Origin: an uncultured Spirochaetota bacterium
GTDB taxonomy: Bacteria > Spirochaetota > Spirochaetia > SZUA-6 > Fen-1364
DNA length: 64,000 nucleotides
Direction: 5' to 3'
Assembly: GCA_963734545.1 (NCBI GenBank)
Contig: CAVTHO010000004.1
Span: forward strand, 256,001-320,000
The notes under the pieces are model-generated. The model was not told where the DNA came from and searched no databases. It worked only from the letters and a program-made list of their open reading frames with translations. The stretch's first letter is position 1. Every line of letters starts with the position of its first letter. Shown one piece after another: positions 42,506 to 50,852 of the stretch. The translations under genes were made by a program, and so were the position numbers.

Positions 42506-43455
42506 AAGCAACGCTCCCGCTCGCGGAGAAGGCGCGGCTGTTCGTGAGGCTGCGATGGTCCGACTTCATCTTCATGGGGATATTCGTCGTCCTGATCCTG
42601 ATCAGCTCCCTCATATCCGAAACTTTTTTCACTTCCCGAAACCTCATCAACATCTCCCGGCAGATCGTGACCAACGGTCTCATCAGCCTCGGAATGCTGA
42701 TCGTGATCCTCACCGGCGGCGTCGACCTTTCCGTAGGATCCATCGTGGCAATCTGCGGCATCATGGCCACCGGATTGCAGAAGCAGATGCCCACCCCCGT
42801 GGCAATCCTCGTCGCACTTGCCGTGGGAATCACCGTCGGAATGGCCAATGGCTTTTTCATCGCGCGCTTCAAGCTGCAGCCCTTCATCGTCACCCTCGCC
42901 ACCATGGGCATCATCCGCGGCGCAACCTATGTCTTCTCGGAGACCCCGCAATCGCCGGTTGATCCGCTGTTCCGTTCGCTTCTGGGGGGTGGATTCATTG
43001 GACCCATTCCGAGGGCGGCAATCATCATGCTCGTCTTCTTCGTCATTGTGTGGTTTTTTCTCAACAGGACGATCCCCGGGCGCGCCGTCGTGGCCATCGG
43101 CGGCAATGAGGAAGCGGTCCGCCTTGCCGGCATCAACGTCAAGGGGCACCTCCTCATGGCGTACATGGTCTGCGGTCTGTTTGCCGCCATCGCGGGCGTC
43201 CTCCTGGCATCCCGGCTCGGCATCGCGCAACCGAGCTTCGGGGCCGGCTTCGAGATGGACGCGCTTGCCGCCGTGGTCATCGGGGGCGGAATCATGGGCG
43301 GAGGCGGCGGCGGGGCCATCGGGACATTATGGGGGGTGCTCATCCTGGGGGTCATCGACAACCTGTTGAATCAATACAACGTCCAGTCGTACTATCAGCA
43401 GATCATCAAGGGTCTCATCATCCTCGCCGCGGTGCTCTCGCGGAGGAAAAAATGA
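42502..43455 (+). CDS. Monosaccharide ABC transporter permease (RbsC-like)
   Basis: GGVDLSVGS, PFIVTL, AIGGNEEAVRLAGI, AAVVIGG. Confidence 0.92.
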   Translation: MKATLPLAEKARLFVRLRWSDFIFMGIFVVLILISSLISETFFTSRNLINISRQIVTNGLISLGMLIVILTGGVDLSVGSIVAICGIMATGLQKQMPTPVAILVALAVGITVGMANGFFIARFKLQPFIVTLATMGIIRGATYVFSETPQSPVDPLFRSLLGGGFIGPIPRAAIIMLVFFVIVWFFLNRTIPGRAVVAIGGNEEAVRLAGINVKGHLLMAYMVCGLFAAIAGVLLASRLGIAQPSFGAGFEMDALAAVVIGGGIMGGGGGGAIGTLWGVLILGVIDNLLNQYNVQSYYQQIIKGLIILAAVLSRRKK

Positions 43456-43489
43456 GACCAGGGTATTCGCGCACGGGGAGGATATCGCA

Positions 43490-43966
43490 ATGAGCGGCAC
43501 GGACAAACCGGATTTCGAAAAGCGGCTGCGGGACCTGGGATTCGCCGTCCCCGCGCTTCCTCCGCCCATGGGCCTCTACGTTCCCGCGGTGAGGACGGGT
43601 TCCCTGGTTTTTTGTTCGGGGCAGGGACCCTCCGTCGACGGAGTGTTGAAGTACATCGGCAAGGTCGGGGACACGCTGACGCTGGAGGACGGCTTCCAGG
43701 CCGCGCGCATCGCCGCTTTGAACTGCCTGGCGGAGGTCCGGTCGGTGATCGGCTCCCTGAACAAAATACGCCGCATCGTGCACCTGAGAGGATTCGTGAA
43801 CAGCGCCCCTGATTTCTTCGACCAGCCCAAGGTCGTGAACGGCGCCTCCCAGCTCGTGCTGGACGTATTCGGAGAGGCGGGCAGGCATTCGCGCGCCGCC
43901 CTGGGCACGTCCAACCTCCCCTCGAATATCGCCGTCGAGCTCGAGATGGTCGTCGAGGTGGAGTGA
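43490..43966 (+). CDS. RidA/YjgF family protein
   Basis: SGQGP, GFVNS, NGASQL, GRHSRAA, VELE. Confidence 0.9.
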   Translation: MSGTDKPDFEKRLRDLGFAVPALPPPMGLYVPAVRTGSLVFCSGQGPSVDGVLKYIGKVGDTLTLEDGFQAARIAALNCLAEVRSVIGSLNKIRRIVHLRGFVNSAPDFFDQPKVVNGASQLVLDVFGEAGRHSRAALGTSNLPSNIAVELEMVVEVE

Positions 43967-43992
43967 GCGGGGAAAGCCTCCGCGCTGCGCCC

Positions 43993-44388
43993 TCAGTCCA
44001 GCCTTCCCTTCCCCCGAGACACGCTGAACGTTCCCGCGCCGAGGAAGAAGACCGCCAGGGCGGTCAGCAGGTAGAAGGCCTCCAGTTCGATGCCCCATCC
44101 GCCCCCGCGGTTGATGGTGAGGGCGAGCTTCCACGCTTCCAGGGAGATCGCCATGACCATGTTGAAGGCGACCACGAGCGCCGCAACGCGCGTCCAGAGA
44201 CCGATGACAAGGAAGATCGGCGCCACGACCTCTCCGACGTACACGCCGTAGGCGATGAAGGTGGGCAGGTGCATGGCGGCCAGGGGCCCGCTCATCCACG
44301 CAATCCCGTGAATGAGCTTGTTGACGCCATGAAAGAGGATCAGACCCGCCAAAGTGAGGCGCAGGATCAGTTTTCCGGTGTCTTGCAT
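43993..44388 (-). CDS. DoxX family membrane protein
   Basis: LILRL..FHGVNK, YVGEVVAP, GLWTR, GAGTFS. Confidence 0.88.
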   Translation of the reverse strand: MQDTGKLILRLTLAGLILFHGVNKLIHGIAWMSGPLAAMHLPTFIAYGVYVGEVVAPIFLVIGLWTRVAALVVAFNMVMAISLEAWKLALTINRGGGWGIELEAFYLLTALAVFFLGAGTFSVSRGKGRLD

Positions 44389-44552
44389 ATTGAAAAAGCT
44401 ATGGTCTCCCGCGCCCCGGGTCAAGCCGCGGAGAGCGTCACTTACGACAGCACCGGAGGCTTCCGGCCTGAAGAGCGGCCTTGCGCCACGGGCATCTTGT
44501 GGTGCTCATCCGATGTTTATAGAATGCGCGATGATCGGGCGAGGGTACGCGC

Positions 44553-44870
44553 ATGGAACAGCTTGTCTACCAGGAGATGACCGAGGAGGAAAAGAGCCTT
44601 GACTGGTTCATCACCACGACGGTGCTGTCCGACGCGCTCCTCCTGAAGTCTCTGGAGGAACGCCAGTCGGGAAAGGAGAAGCACGCCATCATCGCCGTGG
44701 TGGAGAACGGGGCGCTGAAGGATGCATACGTGAGCCCGGAAAGCGCCGTGATAAAGAACTTCCCATTCGACCAGGTTCGCCATGCTTTCGAGTACTACGA
44801 GATCGGAGACGAGATCTGCCTGGTGATCGTCAGGGACAACAAGGTCGTGATTTCGATCAGGGGAGATTGA
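44553..44870 (+). CDS. Hypothetical protein
   Basis: 105-aa acidic ORF with typical codon usage; stop overlaps the next start. Confidence 0.65.
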   Translation: MEQLVYQEMTEEEKSLDWFITTTVLSDALLLKSLEERQSGKEKHAIIAVVENGALKDAYVSPESAVIKNFPFDQVRHAFEYYEIGDEICLVIVRDNKVVISIRGD

Positions 44871-45586
44871 TGACGCACTTCAGGGTCGCGCTCATCGGTG
44901 ACTATGACCCGTCGGTCACCGCCCATCAGGCCATCCCGCGGGCGCTTGCGGCGGCGGGCCGGGCCCTGGGCGTCACGGTGACCGGGGAGTGGATCGGCAC
45001 GCCCGCGGTGGAACCGGACCCGGCCCGCCAGCTCTTCGGCTTCCACGCCCTCTGGTGCGTGCCGGCAAGCCCCTACGCGAGCATGGACGGCGCGCTGCGG
45101 GCTATCCGGTTCGCCCGGGAAGCTCCGCGCCCGTTTCTGGGCACGTGCGGCGGCTGTCAACATGCCCTGCTCGAGTACGCGAGAAACTCGCTGGGAATCA
45201 CGGAAGCGGATCACGCCGAAACGAATCCCTCCGCGCGCCTGCCATTGATATCCGAGCTGTCCTGCGCCCTGGTGGAGATGTCCGGATCCATCCTGCTGGC
45301 GGAGGGCTCAAAGATTGCCGGAATCTGCGGCACGCGTGAGATCGAAGAGACCTATCATTGCAGCTATGGGTTGAATCCCCGATTCGAGCACCTCTTGAGT
45401 CGATCGGCGCTCACGATCAGCGGGCGCGATAGACAGGGTGAGGCCCGGGCGTTCGAGCTCGCCACTCATCCCTTTTTCATCTGCACGCTTTTTCAGCCCG
45501 AGCGCGCCGCGCTGGCAGGAAAAAACCATCCGCTCGTACACGCATTTCTTGCGTCCGCAATCGAGCGGCAAAACGACCCTGCCTGA
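44870..45586 (+). CDS. Stand-alone CTP-synthase C-terminal (glutamine amidotransferase)-like protein
   Basis: IGDYDP..AHQAI, PASPY, PFLGTCGGCQH, HPFF..LFQPER. Confidence 0.85.
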   Translation: MTHFRVALIGDYDPSVTAHQAIPRALAAAGRALGVTVTGEWIGTPAVEPDPARQLFGFHALWCVPASPYASMDGALRAIRFAREAPRPFLGTCGGCQHALLEYARNSLGITEADHAETNPSARLPLISELSCALVEMSGSILLAEGSKIAGICGTREIEETYHCSYGLNPRFEHLLSRSALTISGRDRQGEARAFELATHPFFICTLFQPERAALAGKNHPLVHAFLASAIERQNDPA

Positions 45587-45642
45587 TTATTTGGAAATAC
45601 CTTACAAAAGAAGTAATGTATTAATGAAGAAGAGCTGGCAGG

Positions 45643-46485
45643 ATGCTCCTCAGGGACAGGCCGTACATCATCGAGCTCCTCACGCCCAAGCAGAGCGACG
45701 AAGACTTCGAGCAGAAGCTCGAGGTCTTTGCGCAAAGGTACCGCAGGATCCTCGACAGCAGCGCCATCGTCTCGGTGTGCGACAATCCGCTGGGCAACAT
45801 CCATTTCACGGCCATGGAGGTCGTGGGATTCCTGGGGCTTCCGCTGGACCCGGAGTGTACCCTCCTTCACCTCAACTCGTTCCATAGAAAAGTCGATTTC
45901 GACCTGTTTCTCCGCTACGCGCGGGAAAAGGGCCTCAGGTACCTGCTCGTGGTCAGCGGCGACGGCGGGCCGCGGCTGACCCGGCTCGAGCCCGCGGAGC
46001 TGGGCATCGAAGCAAAGACCGTCACCTCGGTGGAATTGCTGCGCTACATCGAACGCGAGCACGGCGGATTCTTCACCTGCGGTGTTGCCTTCAACCAGTA
46101 CGAGCCCCTGAAAGAGGAAAGGGAGAAGCTCCATCGAAAGCTGCAGGCAGGCGCCCGTTTCGTCATTACGCAGCCCGTGATCGCGGCGGATTCCCTGGTA
46201 GAGGGGCTTCGTATCGAAGGGGTCCCGGTCTTCGTCGGCGCCTGGATGTCCAGGCGCATCGATCCTCTCTGCGAATGCGTCGGAGTAAAGAAGCCGGAGC
46301 CTTCAGACTATGATCCGGTCTCCAATCTGTCCCGGATACACGACCGGTTCACGGACTGGGGGATCTACCTGTCACAGCTCGGATTCAAACGCCCGTGGGA
46401 GAATCTCCTGACCCGCATGCCTGCCCGGAGCGCCGCGGGCACGGCAATCTCACAGCCAGGTGACCAGCTCGATCACGGTCAGTGA
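45643..46485 (+). CDS. Methylenetetrahydrofolate reductase-like protein
   Basis: IIELLTPK, SVCDNP, LLVVSGD, KLQAGARFVITQP. Confidence 0.7.
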   Translation: MLLRDRPYIIELLTPKQSDEDFEQKLEVFAQRYRRILDSSAIVSVCDNPLGNIHFTAMEVVGFLGLPLDPECTLLHLNSFHRKVDFDLFLRYAREKGLRYLLVVSGDGGPRLTRLEPAELGIEAKTVTSVELLRYIEREHGGFFTCGVAFNQYEPLKEEREKLHRKLQAGARFVITQPVIAADSLVEGLRIEGVPVFVGAWMSRRIDPLCECVGVKKPEPSDYDPVSNLSRIHDRFTDWGIYLSQLGFKRPWENLLTRMPARSAAGTAISQPGDQLDHGQ

Positions 46486-46974
46486 CACGATCCTGCAGTC
46501 CCGCACCAGGGCCTCCACCTTGAACAGCGGATAGGACCTGCCGTTCGGTCTCTTCCGGTCCGGCTCGAGCGAAAACCGGACCGTGTCCCCTGACACCCCG
46601 ATGCGCGTGTCATGATAGACTGGTCCGTCCGTCGACATGCCCGGCAGATGCCAGCGCACGCCGCGCGCGTCCGCAAGGAATTGCCGGATTGCCTTTCTGC
46701 CCTTCAGATGCTTCTGCGCCATGATGTAGCCGTTCACGCCTGTTGCCCATGTCGCAAAGACCGCGTCATCCGCCAGGTAACTCGCGCCGGCCTCGAAGTT
46801 GCGCGCGTCATTCGAGTCGTAGAAGGCCCGCAGGACTGCCAGCGGGTCGGAACAAGGAGCGGAAACGCCGGGGACGACAGCACCCCCCGCAGCGCTTCCG
46901 CAGGGTCCCCCGCGGCGATCCCCGCGGACACCAGCCACGGCAAAGAACGAGAGAAGCGCCGCAGTCCTGATCAC
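46450..46974 (-). CDS. Exported NTF2/SnoaL-like protein
   Basis: VLRAFYD..YLADDAVF..GRKAIRQFL; hydrophobic leader. Confidence 0.6.
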   Translation of the reverse strand: MIRTAALLSFFAVAGVRGDRRGGPCGSAAGGAVVPGVSAPCSDPLAVLRAFYDSNDARNFEAGASYLADDAVFATWATGVNGYIMAQKHLKGRKAIRQFLADARGVRWHLPGMSTDGPVYHDTRIGVSGDTVRFSLEPDRKRPNGRSYPLFKVEALVRDCRIVSLTVIELVTWL

Positions 46975-48006
46975 GAGCGTGCCGGCATCTCCAGCCTTCC
47001 CGCGCGCTGCTGTTGCTCGGCAGCATCGTCATAGGGGTAGGAAACAGGCAGGGCGCTTGCGGCGTCGAGACGGCGCATATGCTCGTCGCTCAACTGCCAG
47101 CCGATGGATCCCAGATTGTCGTTGAGCTGTTCCATGGAACGGGCGCCAAGGATGGGAGCGGTGACGACAGGGTTCTGAAGAAGCCAGCGGAGCGCGGTCT
47201 GCGCGGGAGTCTTGCCGACCTGCTCGGGCAACCGCGAGAAGCTCGTCGATCGTCTTCCACGTGGCCTCATTGTTGTACCTGCTCCACGCCTCCGACCAGC
47301 CCTGTTTTTCCGCCATGTCGACACGGCTGCCCTCCGCGGGACTCTTCATGCCGCGGCGGTACCTGCCGCTGAGCCATCCGCCGCGCAGCGGGCTCCAGGG
47401 AATGACGCCGAGGCCCTCATTCCGGCATACCGGAAGGATCTCGAACTCGGTTGCCCGGCACATCAGGTTGTACTGGGGCTGCAGGCACACGAATGGCTCC
47501 CAGTTGTGGGAACGGGAAAGATCGATCGCCTTCTGGAGCTGCCAGCCGCGGAAGTTGCTGGCCCCGATGTACCGCACCCACCCTCGCGCCACCAGCTCGT
47601 TCAGGGCGCCCAGGGTTTCTTCAAGCGGAGTGACCGGGTCCCATGCGTGGACCTGGTAGAGATCCACGTAGTCGGTCCCGAGACGCCGGAGACTCTCCGT
47701 CACGGCCGCATGGATGTGCGCGCGGCTCAAGCCGACGTCATTGGGCCCCGGCCCCATGGAAAACCGGACCTTGGTCGCAATGACGAAGCTTTCCCGGCGC
47801 TGGCGTTTCAGCCACCTGCCGACCACTTCCTCCGATTTTCCCGCCGAGTACACGTTCGCCGTGTCGATGAAGTTGCCGCCGGCCTCCACGTAGCGATCCA
47901 GCATGGCGTGGCTCTCCGCTTCGCTCGCTTCGCGGCCGAATGTCATTGCTCCCAGGCAGAGCTCGCTGACCTTGAGCCCTGTTTTTCCCAGATGTCGGTA
48001 TTCCAT
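46971..48006 (-). CDS. Aldo/keto reductase, frameshift near 47227
   Basis: [40 protein letters not shown]; C-terminal [11 protein letters not shown] in ORF 46971-47324. Confidence 0.88.
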
Positions 48007-48054
48007 GAGGCCCAATGTAAACAGAGCGGAGAGCCGCGTCGAGTCAATCTTTCT

Positions 48055-49695
48055 TCAATATCCTTTTATGTAGGCCCAGATCACCTTGGGAGGCAATCTC
48101 GGTTTCCTGCATATGTATACCGTGTTCCTGTTGTAGGGCATCGCAAAATCGTTTGTGATGACTGCTTTCTTCTGCACGTCCTCGAAGAAACCCTTCCACG
48201 TATCCATGGTGGCGCTCACGAATACCATTACCTCCCAGGTGTACTCACCCGGCCCCCACCGATAGTAGTTCATGTGCCCGCTCACCGCATGAGGAAGCCC
48301 ATAGCGCGGCCCCAGGAGATCTATCGCGCCTGCCGGGCCATACCAATCGCAAAAGATGCCGGCTTTTGCCTGGTCTTCCGGAGGAAGGCTGTGAAAAACC
48401 TCGCCGACTGTCCGCACGAGGTCATCCCAGCCGATCCTGTTGGAGAACTCCTGCGGATAGTCCGACTTGGGATCGTTGAAATCCTTCACGGGCTTGTAGA
48501 GAAAGCCGAACGTCCTGGCATATGACGGCAGGAGATCGATAGGCAGCAGCGGCAGGCTGGCCGGCGCGACGAGGATTCCGCCCGCGACCATGAGGGAAAC
48601 CGCAGCGATTCTGGCTCCCTTCTTCCCGCCTGCCCCGGTGAGCGCCTCTTCCACCCACACGGCGCCTGCGGCAATGAGGGGGATGCAGACCTCCGCCAGC
48701 ATCATGGCCCTTGCGTGCAATACGAACAGAAGCACGAGCGTGACAAGAAACAGGATGCCGAGGACAGTGCAGCGAAATCCGCCGGGTACGGCGGCGCCCA
48801 ATCCGCTGGGTACGGCGGCGCCTAATCCGCCGGGTACGGCGGCGCCCAATCCGCCGGGTACGGCGGCGCGGGTGTCACCGAAGCGCTTGAAAATGCGATA
48901 CAGCCCGAACCCGAGGAGCGGAATGAGGACCGGGTTCATTGTGAGAACGATGTTGATGAAGTACTCGGGGATGGTCGAGTGATACAGCTTCAGTGAGCTG
49001 TACCTGCCCCAGTGTGCCAGGGTCGGCCAGTGATTGACATACTGCCAGATCACATAGGGCGATATGATGACCAGGAAAACCCCCACCGCCAGCCACGGCC
49101 AGGGCGTCAGCAGTTGCCGGCGCTGCCGGGAGGCAAGCAGGCCGATCAGGAGACCAGGCCCCAGGAACAGGATGGTTGCCTTGGTCATGAAGGCGATTCC
49201 CGCGGTCACCCCCAGCGCGATCCAGAGCCTCCTGTTCTCCGTACGGATGAGCTTCACGAGGAAGTAGAGGAAGATGGCGAGGACGAGCTGATCGATGCTG
49301 TCGTAGCAGAAGAAAGAATCCAGGATCAGCCAGACTGGAGCGATGATGAATCCGAGCGCGGCAACACCCGTGGCAAACAATTTCCCGCCGAGCTCCCGGG
49401 TGATGAGGCACACGAAGACAAGCGTGGCCGCTCCGGCGAGCGAAGGGAAAATGTGGATTGCAAGCAGAGATTCTCCGAACAGCACGCGGCTGACCGCGTG
49501 CAGGGCGGGGACAAGCGGGGGCAGGTCGACATAGCCCAGGGCAAGGTGCTTGCTGAGGGCAATGGTGTACAGCTCGTCGCAAAAATAGCCGTACGCCTGC
49601 CCGGTCAGAATGTGAACGAGAAACTTCGCGGCGGCAAAAGCAGCCACGAGCAAAGCAAAGCTCGAAAGGCCGAACAAGCGCCTCTCATTCTGCAT
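48055..49695 (-). CDS. Glycosyltransferase family 39 / ArnT-like membrane protein
   Basis: YGYFCDELY, GYVDLPPL, many TM segments, WYGPAGAID, SGHMNYYRWG. Confidence 0.85.
   Translation of the reverse strand: MQNERRLFGLSSFALLVAAFAAAKFLVHILTGQAYGYFCDELYTIALSKHLALGYVDLPPLVPALHAVSRVLFGESLLAIHIFPSLAGAATLVFVCLITRELGGKLFATGVAALGFIIAPVWLILDSFFCYDSIDQLVLAIFLYFLVKLIRTENRRLWIALGVTAGIAFMTKATILFLGPGLLIGLLASRQRRQLLTPWPWLAVGVFLVIISPYVIWQYVNHWPTLAHWGRYSSLKLYHSTIPEYFINIVLTMNPVLIPLLGFGLYRIFKRFGDTRAAVPGGLGAAVPGGLGAAVPSGLGAAVPGGFRCTVLGILFLVTLVLLFVLHARAMMLAEVCIPLIAAGAVWVEEALTGAGGKKGARIAAVSLMVAGGILVAPASLPLLPIDLLPSYARTFGFLYKPVKDFNDPKSDYPQEFSNRIGWDDLVRTVGEVFHSLPPEDQAKAGIFCDWYGPAGAIDLLGPRYGLPHAVSGHMNYYRWGPGEYTWEVMVFVSATMDTWKGFFEDVQKKAVITNDFAMPYNRNTVYICRKPRLPPKVIWAYIKGY
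48776..48869. repeat. Four tandem 24-nt hairpin units inside the glycosyltransferase CDS
   Basis: AATCCGCCGGGTACGGCGGCGCCC x4 (last copy partial), encoding AAVPGGLG repeats. Confidence 0.9.
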
Positions 49696-49906
49696 GCGTA
49701 CCTCCACATCAGGCGGCAATCGGGCCACTATAAGGGAGGCGTTTCGGGCTGTCTTTGGACGCTGCGGCTATTTTGTGCACTTTCTGGCATATCGGGGAAA
49801 TAAGGGATTCTGCTTGACGACGGTCATGGGTTCCCGTACTGGTCGCGCAAACCCCGAGTGGCCAGGTGCACTATCCCGCTTCGAGCTTTGGAAGTAAGTT
49901 TGATTC

Positions 49907-50230
49907 ATGGTCATACGCATCCTCACATTCGAAGGTTGTCCGAGCTGCGAGGCGACCAGAAGACTGGTGGAAGAAACTGTGAATGAGCTTCACCTTCACG
50001 CTGAGATTGACTCCATCCGTATCGATGGAGAGGACGAGGCTCGACAACAGGGATTTCTCGGATCACCGACCATCCAGGTTGACGGCCGGGACATAGAAGT
50101 GAGCAGGCGTGGAGGCAAGGCTGCTTTTGCCTGCCGCCTCTACCAGACTCAGAACGGCGTCGACGGCGTCCCGCCCCGGAGCCTTCTTGTAGCTGCGATC
50201 AGAGAAGCTCAGCAGGGCGCAGCGAAGTGA
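49907..50230 (+). CDS. Thioredoxin-fold DUF2703-like protein
   Basis: FEGCPSC, FLGSPTIQVDGRD, ACRLY. Confidence 0.8.
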   Translation: MVIRILTFEGCPSCEATRRLVEETVNELHLHAEIDSIRIDGEDEARQQGFLGSPTIQVDGRDIEVSRRGGKAAFACRLYQTQNGVDGVPPRSLLVAAIREAQQGAAK

Positions 50231-50257
50231 AAATCTCTTGAATGCCGCACCCGACGG

Positions 50258-50716
50258 CTACCTCGTCTTCCATCTGAGGAAGAGCGGCTTGGCCTCCTTG
50301 AAGAGCCACTTGCCAATTGTGATGGTGTTCGCGTCCTCGGTCTTCAGATCCGCGGTGATCGCCACGGGATTGCATCCGCCCTTGATAATCTCCACCTGGC
50401 TGGCCTTGAACCGATTGCGGCAGTTCTGGCAGACGAGCACGTCTCCCTGCTGCACATAGTAGCCGCGCCCGGATGAGTAGCACACCTGGCAGGTATTGAA
50501 GGCGGTCCTGACCGTCCCATCCGGTGCCCGAAGCGCCAGCACCTCCATGAGCACACCGTCCAGCTTGTAAGGGTAGAACTTCGCAGCAGCCGTGACCTCC
50601 TTCTTCTGAATCTGCAGGTCGCCGTTGGGAAGAATCCTGCCTCCCGCAAACCCGGCCAAAGCGCCGACAGTCAAAGCGAGCACCGCGGATACCGTAACGG
50701 CTAGTTTCCTTTGCAT
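50258..50716 (-). CDS. DUF2318 (Cys-rich, predicted Fe-S/metal-binding) exported protein
   Basis: AFNTCQVC, LVCQNC, GGCNP; signal peptide. Confidence 0.85.
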   Translation of the reverse strand: MQRKLAVTVSAVLALTVGALAGFAGGRILPNGDLQIQKKEVTAAAKFYPYKLDGVLMEVLALRAPDGTVRTAFNTCQVCYSSGRGYYVQQGDVLVCQNCRNRFKASQVEIIKGGCNPVAITADLKTEDANTITIGKWLFKEAKPLFLRWKTR

Positions 50717-50749
50717 GTGAAATGCTCCTTCTGAGGTGTGGTGTATCGG

Positions 50750-50821
50750 AATCTAGCCCACCGGTGTGAAGAAAGTGTGAATGCCCGCCTTCACAAATCC
50801 TTCACATGCGGCGCCTATACT
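50750..50821. promoter_or_regulatory. Back-to-back promoters, each with a TTCACA-N5-TTCACA direct repeat 9 nt upstream of a -10 box
   Basis: Minus: repeat 50781-50765, TAGATT 50755-50750; plus: repeat 50790-50806, TATACT 50816-50821. Confidence 0.75.
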
Positions 50822-50852
50822 CACGCGCATCCAGGTTCTGCGGGGAGGTTTC

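Noticed and set aside
45146-45148. Selenocysteine in the CTP-synthase-C-terminal-like protein
   Set aside because: The active-site codon is TGC (Cys), not TGA
49814-49900. MerR-type promoter upstream of the DUF2703-like gene
   Set aside because: TTGACG is followed by a 17-nt spacer rather than 19-20 nt, and there is no convincing dyad
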